DNA of 63,987 nt, the filler included, from Rozella allomycis CSF55 (taxonomy: Eukaryota), in the NCBI GenBank assembly GCA_000442015.1. It is 7 parts of 7 records of this genome, joined end to end, with 100 filler letters (N's around TTAATTAATTAA, not from the genome) between each part and the next. Parts side by side here need not be neighbours in the genome. Positions count along the whole stretch, not along the records: positions 1 to 18,230 come from KE561363.1; 6 more parts are not named here. One strand, written 5' to 3'. A program made the translations under genes and the position numbers. Of the stretch, positions 1-12,757 are shown piece after piece. Position 1 is the first letter of the stretch. Each line of letters opens with the position of its first letter. The notes beneath the pieces are model-generated. The model made no database searches, was not told the DNA's origin, and saw nothing but the letters and a program-made list of their open reading frames with translations.

Positions 1-489
1 CGTTTCTGAAGTCCGGGTCGTAAACTCCCCGTCCGATAACATTAACTACATCCTTAACACACTTAAAATTTAAATCAGCACAAGGCAGCGAGCCAAAAGC
101 GCCAAACAACAATCAGGATTAAATTGAAAAAAATATTCACATTAACAATTACACACCACTGGCTAAAATCCATATACTGTATACACAAGTCTTTGGCGAC
201 GGCGAAACATTTTCAATGAGCTAAAACCCTGAAACCGACTCCATAATATGTACATCAAATTCGCATTAATATGCCACCAAAAAGAAGAAGAAAAGACCGT
301 TCCCAACAAGTGAGGCCTTGGAAACAAATTTTCATTGCAAGAAGCCATTGCAACCGAGACGTCAAAGCCGACACAAGATATCCCGTTGTGGATTTTGGAG
401 CCTCAGACATGAGGCAGCAGAAACGCTCACTAGTCACTCGTTGAATAAATTTTCTTTGTATTATGGCAGTCACGGACTCAATTAAATAA

Positions 490-1553
490 ATGCCGATTCA
501 CAATTTCCCGAAAATTCGAAACACAGACAAAAGGATGTTAGATGTAACAACGAAAAAAATATCAGTTTATGAGGCGAACGATGCAACTCTAGATCTTCCC
601 ATGAATATAGACGAAATATACAATTCTTGGTCAAAGTTTAGATTGCAAAACAACAAGTAATGTCTAATTATCACTAACAAAGAAAACATTACGAGCAGTT
701 ATTTAGAATGCCAAACGAATTCTATGAGAATTCAGATCGAAGCTTCTCCGAAAAATTTAGGTACTTTTGTAGTGACTATGTTGATTTCGTTTTGATTGAT
801 TCCATAAAGCTTTATAAAACAAACAAAGCGCTTCAACACGGGGTTAGTACCCATGAAAGCGAATACACCTATCGGTCACATACGTATTACGTTGATCCGC
901 TACCTGAGAGTCCGATAAAAATAACAGTTTCAAAATTAAGATTTGTAATGAAAACAGAAAACGATCCCATGTGCAACTCTGTGCTACTTAGTATGTCAAT
1001 TGATCATTGGAGGCAATTGAAGAAAATATTTACGGCTTTACACCTTGCAAGAAATAAGGTTGCTGCTACTTTACGATTAGATGATGACACTAGCGAGCCT
1101 TCAAATGACGAAGCTGAAGGGCCATTCCCACCATTTATGTTTAATATGAAAGATGACGATTTTGATGAAGTTATTGAACTCGGTGATGATAACTTGATGC
1201 AATCGAAATCGGAAACACTTGAGAATAATTCTATCAGTGATTTTGATATGAAATCTTCAAGTATTTAGCTTTGATTTATTTAATAAGGTTTGTTTGCTGC
1301 AATGCAAGGTAGTGTATTGGATAAAGATTCAGAGGAGCCCATGCAGAAAAAAGAGAAAAGACAGGCCACTTTTCAAGCTAATTCTAGCTCACATAACAAG
1401 AAAAAGAAAATCGAAAACGAAAACATTGAAGATTTAATACATCAAGCGGAAAAATTTTGTCAAACCATGCAAGATCAGGTTATACAATTCAAAAAGCTGA
1501 TTGGCAACATTAAATCCCAGATGGCAAAAAATTCTTCGAGCAATAAGGAATAA
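490..1553 (+). CDS. Hypothetical protein, acidic/NLS-like C-terminus, 3 exons
   Basis: ATG at 490. GT-AG introns 657-682 and 1261-1287 join the upstream exon and ORFs 708-1268 and 1290-1553 in frame. No recognisable domain. Confidence 0.55.
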
Positions 1554-1614
1554 ATTTGATGAAATTTCTTTTTTCCTTTTCCGTAGATGGTGGCATAGTT
1601 GCTATAATCACCAA

Positions 1615-3306
1615 ATGAAGATTTTATTTATTTTATGCAAAATAGCACTTTGCATAGCCACATCTGATCATCTAATGAGCCCCAAGTTTGTTCTTCACGA
1701 GGCCGTAAAAAGAAACGACTACACCCAGGTGTTCGAATTGCTTCAGTCTGGACATGATCATATGTCTGTCGACGACTCTGGAAAAACGCCTTTGGAAGTA
1801 GCGATTGGAGAAGGCATTACTCATTTGAAAATTATACAACTCCTGGTGCAAATGGAAAAATTTGAAGACATATATCCACCTACACCACCTTCCACTATTC
1901 GAGACCAAGACGACTCAGCCTCATTAAACGCAATGTCCATTGATAACACAGAAGATCCCATGTATGAAGAGGCGTCAAAACCAAATTTTCCTTTGCATTC
2001 ATTGGAAGCAAAGTTGCAAGACGATCCTTTGAGAGCTGTTTCATTAAGACGTAAAGTAGTGAAAAATCGAATTCCTCACGAATTTAATTTTGAAAAAATT
2101 CCTTTTGATGACATGGACTATAAAAAGGTTCATGGTGCTTGTTGTGAAAATGTTATTGGCTATGTTCCAATCCCTCTTGGTTATGTTGGTAATTAAGATT
2201 TTGTTTACATTTACAAGGCCCTTTGAAGATCTGCTTTGATGAAAATAATGCAGAAGAGTTATACATTCCTATGGCTACCACTGAGGGAACATTAATTGCA
2301 AGTACCAATAGGGGATGTAAAGCAATAACATCATCAGGGGGTGTTTCTGTGTGTGTGGATCCAGTTGAGGGTATGACGAGAGCACCCGCAATTAATTTCC
2401 CAACCGTTTTTGAAGCCATGAAATTTAAGAATTGGATTATAAAGAAGGAAAATTTTGAGAGGGTAAAGGCCGAGTTTGAATCGACTACGAATTTCGGGAA
2501 ACTGTTGGACGTAAAGGTGAGTGTAGTTGGAAGAACATGTTTTGCAAGATTCAGAGCTTCGACTGGAGACGCCATGGGGATGAACATGATATCGAAAGGG
2601 CTAGTGAAAGCATTGCAATGTAATCAATTAAAACAATTTTAAAAGACATTATAACCGAGCATCCTAATGCCAAAGTCGTGAGCCTAAGTGGAAATGTGTG
2701 TACTGACAAAAAGCCAAGTGCCGTTAACTGGATTGAGGGAAGAGGAAAGTCTGTTGTTGCGGGTGCACTAATTCCGAAAAATGTCGTCGAAAAGGTATTA
2801 AAAACAGATTCGAAAACTCTTTGTGAACTTAACATAAAAAAGAATCTGGTAGGATCAGCAGTCGCTGGCTCCATTGGAGGGTTTAATGCGCATGCTGCGA
2901 ACATTGTTACTGCCATTTACATTGCTACGGGTCAAGATCCTGCCCAAAATGTTGAGAGCTCAACTTGTTTGACCGAAATGCAAGAGTAAAAAACATTTCT
3001 TAATTTAATAGAACTGAAGACGGCGATTTATACGTTACTTGCACCATGCCATCAATCGAAGTCGGGACTGTTGGTGGGGGTACCAATTTAGATGCTCAGA
3101 GTTCATGTCTTGAAATGCTCGGGGTGAAAGGAGCGAATAAAGATTATCCAGGCGAGAATGCCAAAAAACTGGCCAAAATAGTTTGCGGGGCTGTTATGGC
3201 CGGCGAGCTGTCATTAATGTCTGCATTAGCTAGTAACTATATATCCTGCTTTAAAGTAGCGAATACACTTGTAGACAGTCACATGAAGCATAATAGGGCT
3301 AAATAG
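1615..3306 (+). CDS. HMG1: Class I HMG-CoA reductase catalytic domain with N-terminal ankyrin repeat; no sterol-sensing domain
   Basis: Motifs [67 protein letters not shown] introns 2189-2217, 2620-2645, 2986-3011 and 3233-3259 give a continuous frame. N-terminal LHEAV...GKTPLEVAI is ankyrin-like. Confidence 0.93.
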
Positions 3307-3372
3307 GCATTCAATAAATACTTTCAAAATTAACATGTTTATTTAACTTGATGTATTTGACTAATTTGACTT

Positions 3373-3552
3373 TTAAACTTTGAATCCATAGCTGCGAAGA
3401 CATTCTTTATGCGCTTCAATAAGCTCCTTGCAACTTTCTTCTCCTTTAAGAAATACACATTCATCCCTCTTCTTCTTTGTGTCAGGACAAGCGCAGCAAG
3501 GCTTTAAATTTTCTGGATTTTTATCGTTCTTCTCTGACTGGATTGTGGTCAT
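3373..3552 (-). CDS. COX17: Cytochrome c oxidase copper chaperone Cox17 (59 aa, below ORF-track cutoff)
   Basis: Manual translation [59 protein letters not shown], with the CCxC motif and twin CX9C. Confidence 0.93.
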   Translation of the reverse strand: MTTIQSEKNDKNPENLKPCCACPDTKKKRDECVFLKGEESCKELIEAHKECLRSYGFKV

Positions 3553-3836
3553 TTTGCAATTTAACGGGTTGACCCTTGTAATAGCTTACAAAAGAAATTA
3601 TTTAAGAGTTGAAGAATTGCAGTGAATAAGAGATTAAAGAAATTAGAAAATACCAGTACATTAGGATGTACATGAAGAGTTGAATATTAACGGACTCCAG
3701 GTTAATGGTGTTGTAAAGGACAATTGCGATAAAATAATTAAGTCTACAATCGATGAAATTTGGAAAAGTAATATTATTCTACAAATAAAAACTTGAAAAC
3801 ATTAAATTATCGACAACATTTATTGAACCATGAACC

Positions 3837-6800
3837 TTAGAACAAATTTTTCGCTTTAGAAAATTTGATCCACTGCTTGAGGGTAAACTTGATATGCCCT
3901 GCAAAAGCATAAGCAACTTGAGCAGCATGTTTAGTATTGTGGTGAAAAGGGATTTCCGGCCACGGGATCATCCAGTCGTTGGTTATAGTAGAGTATAGTT
4001 TGACCTTTAGCGTACCATGAGAATCAAGATTGTTGATGGATTCAAATACATTTGCAATGAGAGAGTAATCGTAGAGATCAAATACTTTTCTAAATGATTG
4101 AGGGAACGACAGAGGAACGGTGAGAACAGCTAGAATGGATGCTAGAATGTCGTTTGATAGTTTGTTATTTGATAGATGTGTGTTGAGAAACATGTTGCAT
4201 AAATTGATTATTGGAGGGATGCAATGTTCGAGAGATTCAGAAGAGCAGCATTGGAAGAGGATGGATTCAAGTGATTTGAAAGAATAGACCAGAGTAACAT
4301 TGTCATCTCTCTTTGCAGCATTTAATAGACATTGATTGGCGATGTTTATGAACAGATCTTCACCAATGACAGATAGGAGATTCTTTTTGAGTAGTTTTGA
4401 TAAACGGAATATTCTGTCTAGAGAGTACCAAGCGAATTGATGAACCAAGCAGGCGAGATTATTGAAGTGAGATTCTTTATGATTTGAAAGTGTGATAAAT
4501 GAAAAGATGCCAATGTTGACTTCGTTGATTGAAGATTGAAATTCTTTTTTGATTTGCGAGGGCTCCAGTTTAATTAAATAAAGAATAGAATTTAAAATGT
4601 CTTTGGAAAGAAAATTGAAATTGAGAGAATGAGCGAGATCCAATAAAAGATGAATTGAATAAACCTTTTCAAGAAACATGCCTTTTGATAGAAACTTTTC
4701 CAATAAAGAAATTGCGTTGAATGATTTGAATTGGAGAGGATCAAGAAAAGAAAACAGAGAAAGAAAAGAAAGAGAGAAAACTCTTATGAAATCTAGAGAT
4801 GAATTTAAGAGAGAAATGAACATTTTGATCATGCCAGCTTTGATGAAGAGGCCAAGAGGAAGTTTTGCAATAGTTTTTGGAGATTTAAAGAAATGGCCAA
4901 ACGCAGTGACTTGGCAAGTTAATTCATCGTTGTGATTTGAAGAAACAAGATTAGAAATGTAATTGAAATAGAAAGCAAAAGAATTTAAGAATCTAGAATG
5001 ACCATCTTGTTGATTGTAGAATGATTTAATATTGTTTGAATCAAAGAGAGACATTATACAAGGAAAACAATCCAATCTAATTTTACCCTTGTAAGAATTA
5101 GATAGATGAAGAAATGAATGATCTTTTATTGATTTCAGATCTGGTTTAGAAAACATTTGTTTATTAAATGAATTGATGTTTAAATATTTATCAGATAGAT
5201 CTGGTAGAATATAACACTGAGAAAACAATTCTTTAGCTTCATTTATTAAACAAGTTGTAATATTTTTATCATTAATGAAAGAATTCAACAAATCTTTTGC
5301 TCTTTCGTAACATTTGTAATTTATTAAACATTGAATCATTCTCAATTTAGATTTATTGTTTTCTGGATTCAAAATTAAACTCAAAGATGAATCTTTCAAT
5401 GCTAAAAGAAATTCATTTTGTTTAATAAATGAAATACATCGATTAGACAATATTAAATCTGTCGTGTTGATTTGCAATAAACAAGTGTAAATGTCACTAG
5501 CTGATAAATAATCTCCATTTCTAAAACATTCATTTCCTTCTATTCTAAACACATTACATATTTCATCCAATCCATCAAAATTCTTAATCTTTTCAAACAC
5601 TCTTTTATTCTCCTTCATCTTCTCATTTGGAACATTAAACTTTTTGGCTTTTTCTTTCATTTCTTCTGGTATCATTTTCATAATCAATCCCTTCTCTATC
5701 AACACTTGCATCGTCTTTTTAATCAACTCAACCTTTTCTGTCTTTTCCACATTCACCTGCAATGCTACACACGCCAACGACATCATTTCCTTTTCAAAAT
5801 TCACTTTTAAAAATTTATTAAAAAATAATTCAACAATCTTCCAATGACCCTGGCTAGTTGCTATCTTTAAATACTCCATTCTTTCATCTGGAAACTCTTT
5901 CAAAAAATATTCAACAATGTCTAAATGCGAATTATTCAAAAACGCTTCTTGAAATGCTGATATCCCCTTTTTATTCTTTACTGTAAAATCAACATAATCA
6001 ATCGCTAGTATTTCTTTAAAATAGAACGGATCAGGATTCCTCACAGCTAAATGAATCAAATAGTCTCCTTCTTTATTAATTGGACAATCCAAATACACTC
6101 CCTTGCTAATACACATCAAAAACACCTCCTTCAAATTCTTGCCCTTTTCTCCCTTTTCTTTGTCTTGCTTTTCATTCTTGCCAGTCATCGACATCACCTT
6201 TATTGCAGTCAACGTTCCAAAATGCATCTGCGCCCAAAACACAGCACCTTCAACACTCTCCCAAATTGGCTTATACACAACTGCAAATATACTATAATTC
6301 ACAGCATCAGGCGTTTGATCAGCCCCTACTATCAGCACTGGAGGTATCGGCGCATCTAGCCTCTCTAAATCATCATACGCCAAATACTGCAGCCCCTTTG
6401 GATGCATCTCCAAACAATCAACAATCATATGCTCCTCTTCAAAATAATACTTTTGCTTCTTGCCTTTATTCACAAAACTAGCCAGCGCCAAGAATACATC
6501 ATCGCTATCGAATTCGTATTAAACGCCTTCAAATTCTCTTTACTACAATACTTCAATATAAACCCAGGCACTTTATCAAACTCTCCTAATCTCATCTACT
6601 ATCACTCCCCATATCTCATTACCATCGCCGCTGGCACAAAAAATCTATTATTCACATACGAAGACGTTGAATACCAATGACTATCACACACCAACAAACT
6701 AGTCAACGTCTTCTTCGCATCCCTATACTTCCCCATCTTATACTGCGTAATCCCCTTCCCTACCCACGCCCGATAACACGACCGCATCGCCGGAAACGTA

Positions 6801-7300
6801 AACAACCCCTTCTGGCTCTTCACTATCAACTTGTACTGGTCAATCGCCAGCGGCGCTACCTGCATCCCCTTGTCAAAATACTCTAGCGCCTCCTCATAGC
6901 TCCTCGCCTTGTACACCGCCAACACATTATACGCCTCGACACAGTTCACACTCATCTCCAGCGCCTTTTCAGCTATCCTAACCGCCTCCTCCCGGCCCTG
7001 CGCGCTACGCAGCGAACACGAGTACGCCTTTAATGCATACACTGTCGCACGGAATATCTTTTTGTGCTTGAATTTTATATCATTCTTCGCTAGCTCCAAC
7101 GTATTCGCGTCCTGCGTAAACGAAAAATACGTATCATTCAACTCATCAGTAGTGGATTTCGTACACGGTGACGCGGACCCACTAAACGTCTCAAACCACA
7201 ACGGATAATATGGATTGCTAAAGGACGCTGAAATACCCAGCTTGTGGCCAAACGCCGAACATACTGACATCATTTGTGCGGAAAAGTCAAATTCGGTCAT
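3837..7300 (-). CDS. Large repeat protein: TPR - ankyrin - TPR - helical (ARM-like) region
   Basis: ORF 6602-7300 has TPR-like helices (AEKALEMSVNCVEAYNVLA, GITQYKMGKYRDAKK). ORF 3837-6491 has ankyrin (GDYLIHLAV, GISAFQEA) and TPR (GNECFRNGDY...ILSNRCISF) motifs. Probably joined by short introns in 6492-6630; exact splice sites unresolved. Confidence 0.65.
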
Positions 7301-7571
7301 TTTTTAAAGTGTGGCGCACTGCACTCTCTGTACTAGAATTAGTTCCAAATCAAAGATGACACAAAATTATTTTAAATTCTTTGAATAAAATTGGAAAGGT
7401 CCGTATTAATTCTTGCTGACGATTTCTAGGTTTTCAAATTGTACAAAACCTGATTTTCTTAAACACATCTGAATAAAATTAAAAAAGCAGCGATCAGAGA
7501 TCTTGGTGGAAATTGTCAACATGCATTCAGAAGTAGCAATTTGTGATCCATCATATCGGTGCAAAATTTAG

Positions 7572-7644
7572 CGCCCCAACGGGGGATCGAACCCCGAACC
7601 TTGCGGTTAAAAGCCGCACGCTCTACCGATTGAGCTATCAGGGC
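7572..7644 (-). tRNA. tRNA-Lys(UUU)
   Basis: 73-nt cloverleaf GCCCTGATAGCTCAATCGGTAGAGC...CTTTTAA...GGTTCGATCCC...TTGGGGCG; anticodon TTT. Confidence 0.95.
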
Positions 7645-7770
7645 TGATGTAACGAGAAAAATACATTTATTTGAAAATTTCTATTGTAAAGCTTATTTAA
7701 TAATTTCCTATTTTTGTCCTGCCAACCTAAACTCCGCCTTAATTACCAAGAACAGGCAAGCTGCTATAAA

Positions 7771-10700
7771 ATGGCACAAACAAAATCTATTAAAATATCT
7801 ATCATAGGAATGACTTGCGCAAGCTGTGTAGCTACAGTTGAATCTCAAATATCCAGCCGATCAGGTGTTAAATCAATCGAGGTATCTCTCTTATCAGAAT
7901 CTGGTGTAATAAAGTTTGATCCTGAACAGATTACCCCAAGTGAATTAGTTGATTGTGTTCAGGAGTGTGGTTTCGAAGCCGTTGTCATAGAAGAATCGTG
8001 TCTAGATTACCATCGTGCCGTTTTATCTGTAGATGGTATGACTTGTGCAAGTTGCGTTGCTGCTGTTGAAGATCATTTAAAGGAACTAAAAGGCGTGAAA
8101 CAAATATCTGTCAATTTGTTAGCTAAAAAGGCTGAAATCATTTTTGAAAAGCAAATTGTTAGTGTTAATGAATTGATTAATGCTGTGGAAAATATCGGTT
8201 ATGACGCAGCCTTAATTGAAGAATCATCTTTATCAAAGAAAGAAAATTTTGCTTCCAATGTCACTCTTTTCTTAAACCCGCCGTTGACACAAAACGCAGT
8301 TGCCGAAATAGAATCCAAATTACAACGATTAGATGGTGTTATTGAATTTTCTGTAGAAAAAGCAAAATCTATGTTAAAAATACAATATGATCAAAGGAGG
8401 ATGCGTTTAACGAATGTAAATGATGTTATAAATAGAATTGGATATAATGCTAATGTGTCTGATACAGCGAACAAGATTCATTTGCAATCTTTAACTAGAA
8501 TAAACGAAATTAGAATGTGGAAACGTTATTCTATCATTTCAGCGATATGCTCAATAACTTCTATGATTTTGATGTTACTCATGGAATTGGAAGCTACAAA
8601 ATTTTTGATGCAAGCTAAACTTTTCAAAGGATTCTTTTGGATGACATTTATTGATTTCGTTTTAGCTACATTTGTACAAGTTTATGTTTCCAAGAAATTT
8701 TTCATTGTTGCAGCAAAAGCTCTTAGGCATGGAAACACTACAATGGACGTTTTGGTTGCTTTTGGTACAGGAATTTCTTATGTATATTCTATATGCACAA
8801 TGCTCTCGGCTCTAATTGTCGGCGATGAAATGCCGCCATATACAGTTTTTGATACATCAATGATGCTTGTAATGTTTGTAAGTATAGGGAGATATCTGGA
8901 AAATATTGCTAAAGGTGAAACGTCTACAGCGCTCACAAAACTAATGTCTTTGCGTCCCAAAGAGGCTAAAATTCTTTTGCGAGATGAAAATGACAAAGTT
9001 ACTCAAGAGACGAGCATTCTTGCAGATTTTGTAGAAGAAGGCGATTGGGTTAAAGTATATCCTGGAGAAAACATGCCTGTTGACGGCATTGTAATTTTCG
9101 GTGCAACATCTGTTGATGAATCCATGATAACTGGAGAGTCATTGGCTGTACTTAAAACTATAGATTCGAAAGTTATTGCTGGTACTGTAAATCAAACAGG
9201 AGTGATTCATGTAAAGGCCACTGAAGTCAGAAATAACACAACTTTGTCAAAGATTGTAAATCTAGTGGAACAAGCGCAAACATCCAAAGCTCCAATACAA
9301 GCAATCGCTGATAAGGTAGCAGGAAGATTTGTCCCCTTTGTTCTCGTGGTAGGCTTTTGCACATTTCTTTTCTGGTTAATATATATGATGTCAAATGGAA
9401 TTCCAAGTGTATTTCATAAAAACGAAACAATACTCTCCGCAGCATTAAAGATGTGCATCGCTGTTATAGTTGTTGCATGCCCATGTTCGCTTGGACTAGC
9501 TACCCCGACGGCTCTTATGGTTGGGACAGGTGTTGCAGCACAACATGGCATTCTAATGAAAGGAGGCGAGGGATTGGAAAAAGCACACAAAATGACTTCC
9601 ATTATTCTCGACAAAGTAATTTATTAACTCTTTTTATATAAAGACTGGAACTTTGACCACAGGAAAAATGAAAGTAGAATCAGTGGTATCAATCAGCAAG
9701 CAATTCGATAGAGAAATGGTAACTCAGCTGGTAGGCCTGGCAGAGATGAATTCAGAACATTCTTTAGGCAAAGCGTTTGTGGAATATTTTAAGAACCATA
9801 ATCACAAAGTCCCATCAAACATTAATGTGTTGTCTTTCAAGTCAGTTCCTGGAAGCGGTTTGCATACTGTGATTAAGATTAATGAAGACTCCATTTTTGA
9901 TATTTGTTTGGGAAACTTGAAATGGCTTGAACAAAATAACGCCAACAAAAAAGAAAACTTTGAAATGGAATTAGTTCGTGTAATAAAATTTGAAAATGAA
10001 GGCTTTACGGTTATATGGGCGGCCATCAACAAAGAAATAGCTGGGTTCGTAGTATTTTCTGATTATCTGAAACCTGATTCTCCCCTTTTAATTAATGCAT
10101 TCAACAATCTTAATATTACGTCTTACATGGTTACTGGTGATCAAAGGAAGACAGCTGTTAGATTCGCTCAAGCATTGGGCATACCAGAGGAAAGAGTAAT
10201 TGCTGAAGCAAAGCCAGAGGATAAATCAAATTTCGTTAAAAGCCTTCAAGAAAATGGTGAAATTATTGGAATGGTAGGAGATGGGGTAAATGATTCACCT
10301 GCGTTGGCAACATCGGATGTTGGGATTTGTGTGCACTCGGGAACTGATATCGCTATAGAAGCGGCTAATATGGTTCTAATGAGAGATTGCCTTATGGATG
10401 TACCGATTGCAATACATTTGTCAAGAAAAATAGTCAAGCGCATAAAAATGAACTTTCTATGGGCTTTAATCTACAATTTTATTGGGATACCTATTGCGGC
10501 TGGCTGTCTGGTACCGATTGGTATCTCTTTACCTCCTTGGCTCGCTTCCTTAATGATGGCCTTATCATCAGTTTCAGTAATTTGCTCTTCTTTGTTACTA
10601 AAACATTATAGTCCACCAAAAGATATTTTCCAAGACGCTCTATCATCCAACGAAGCAAATGATTCTACAATAAATATAGCTAAAATAAGAAAATGGATCT

Positions 10701-10819
10701 TTAAAAGACGCTTATCTAATCAAGGAGACTGGATACCACTTACACCAAGGAAGTTTAGTAATCCTTTTGAAAATCCGCTTATTAACAACGACTCATCTGC
10801 ATCTCTAAACTATATATAA
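7771..10819 (+). CDS. CCC2: Copper-transporting P1B-type ATPase (Ccc2/ATP7 family)
   Basis: Two GMTCASC metal-binding domains, TGES, CPC and GDGVNDSPALA. The DKTGT phosphorylation motif is split by a 28-nt intron at 9616-9643. Confidence 0.96.
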
Positions 10820-10859
10820 ATAAAAAAACTTAAGTAATTGTAACAAGAATAAAATTAAG

Positions 10860-10932
10860 CGCCCCAACGGGGGATCGAACCCCGAACCTTGCGGTTAAAA
10901 GCCGCACGCTCTACCGATTGAGCTATCAGGGC
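10860..10932 (-). tRNA. tRNA-Lys(UUU), identical second copy
   Basis: Base-for-base identical to 7572-7644. Confidence 0.95.
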
Positions 10933-11040
10933 TGAAATACCAGACTAAATAGAATTATAAAACCTGACATTTGACATTTGAGCTAAATTTAGAAACAACC
11001 TCTAAAAATATGTACGACCAATATTCGTTACAGGGGCTAC

Positions 11041-11675
11041 ATGCGGTATCTTTTTTTTGCTTTTGCGGTGAACATAATATATGCACATCCGATATATAAC
11101 GCCCCCGAAATGCAAAGCCAGCCGTTACTGATCCAACACAGTATCAACAGTTGGGTGGGCCCAACGACTACATAAATCCAAATTTGAATTCTGGTTTACA
11201 GGGCCCTTTCACTGTCAATCCAGTCGCCACAACTAATTACAACCAACAGATCCAGAATATTTCCCCCGACCAAGCAAGCGCAAATTCACAGCCTATGATA
11301 TTTGGTACAAACCAACAGAATAGCATCGTCAACATAGGTTCATATTCTTATGACGAACTTGCCGCCATGCACAGAGAAAAGCCGACAGTTCAGCAACTTC
11401 AAAATGGAGATCAAAATATTTTGAATTCTTACATTGCAAACGCAAATTATCAAGCAAATTTGGCACTCCAGAACCAACAGATTGATGCAAATCGACAAGC
11501 ATTACAGGCGATCGATAAACAGCAGTATGATACTTTGCTAGGGAAAATGTACATGCAAAATGATGCCGTCCCTGGTTTGAATGAAATGAAAATGCCATTA
11601 CCGACGTTGCCAGTAAATGGTGCGACCAATAGCTCTGGAGGCATGTCCAATCAGTCTTCTACACAAAATAAATAG
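11041..11675 (+). CDS. Gln/Asn-rich hypothetical protein, possibly secreted; frame break near 11100-11150
   Basis: ORF 11151-11675 is Q/N-rich. ATG at 11041 encodes a signal-peptide-like MRYLFFAFAVNIIYA in a different frame. Confidence 0.4.
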
Positions 11676-11848
11676 CAATTCGAGTCAATTTAACGTTATC
11701 TAAATATATATCAATTTCTGAAGGAAATACATATTTATACTAGTATTAGTGTCACTGAGGATACTTTCATGTAGAATATCAATGTACTATTTGGTGTTTT
11801 ATTCTCATAAGTCCCCCTAAATTTCAGAATTCAAAATTTGAAATTCTA

Positions 11849-12649
11849 ATGTATACCAGTTGTCTCTTTATATGTTCAAATATAAAAAGGATCATGCGAT
11901 ATTCTACTAAATCTAATATGTCTTCAGTGGCGTCATATTTTGATCAAAGGCACATAACAGACAGCCTCTTTCACCACAAAGTGATGGAAACAGTACATAC
12001 CAAGAAACTATCAAAAATTTCGTCGTCTGAGTTTAACCTCTTGTTAAAGTATTTAGTTTTTAGGAAAAAATACGGTCATGTAGAAAGTTTTTACTGCATG
12101 ATGCATAAATCTATTGCCATTGAAGAAGATATTCAGACATCATTGATTCGATTGAATGCTCTTTCTTTTCTGGGGCAAAGTGATGAAATAATGAAGATCA
12201 TCAGTTCGAGTAAATTGTTAAAAGAGAATTTGAAAGCGTGGTCTATTTATGTAAAAAGTCTTTCATATGATAAATCAAAACCAGTTAGTTCCATAATTCA
12301 TGCAATGAATGATATCATGGAATTGCAAAAAACAAGGTACCCTCATGAAAATATTGATGCTGCGATTTCTTCTTGCATCGATGGGATGGGATTCAAAAAG
12401 GCTGGATATGAACTTGAAGAAATGTGGATGAAATTGAAAAAATCTTATGTGTTAAATGAGAATGCATACAATTCAGCTATCGAAGCATTTTGTAGATTGA
12501 AAAAGCAAGGCCGGGTCATTGATTTGCTTGTTGAAATGAAGAAGAATAAGATAAATTTGAACGACAAGACTATATATTCGTTTTCTGTATTTTTGAAAGA
12601 TGCACATCCAAATGTCTACAAAGAAGCGCTTGATAAGATAAAAGAATAG
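11849..12649 (+). CDS. Pentatricopeptide-repeat (PPR) protein, likely mitochondrial
   Basis: PPR-like motif NENAYNSAIEAFCRLKKQGRVIDLLVEMKKNKINLNDKTI; basic Ser-rich N-terminus. Confidence 0.7.
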   Translation: MYTSCLFICSNIKRIMRYSTKSNMSSVASYFDQRHITDSLFHHKVMETVHTKKLSKISSSEFNLLLKYLVFRKKYGHVESFYCMMHKSIAIEEDIQTSLIRLNALSFLGQSDEIMKIISSSKLLKENLKAWSIYVKSLSYDKSKPVSSIIHAMNDIMELQKTRYPHENIDAAISSCIDGMGFKKAGYELEEMWMKLKKSYVLNENAYNSAIEAFCRLKKQGRVIDLLVEMKKNKINLNDKTIYSFSVFLKDAHPNVYKEALDKIKE

Positions 12650-12757
12650 CGAAAAACTTTGAGGTATAATACTTCCAAAAGTTAAAAATAAACAAAAATT
12701 ATCCTATTTTTAAAACATTAACAAGTATAAATCCAAGCCTTCAACCCAAGCCACACC

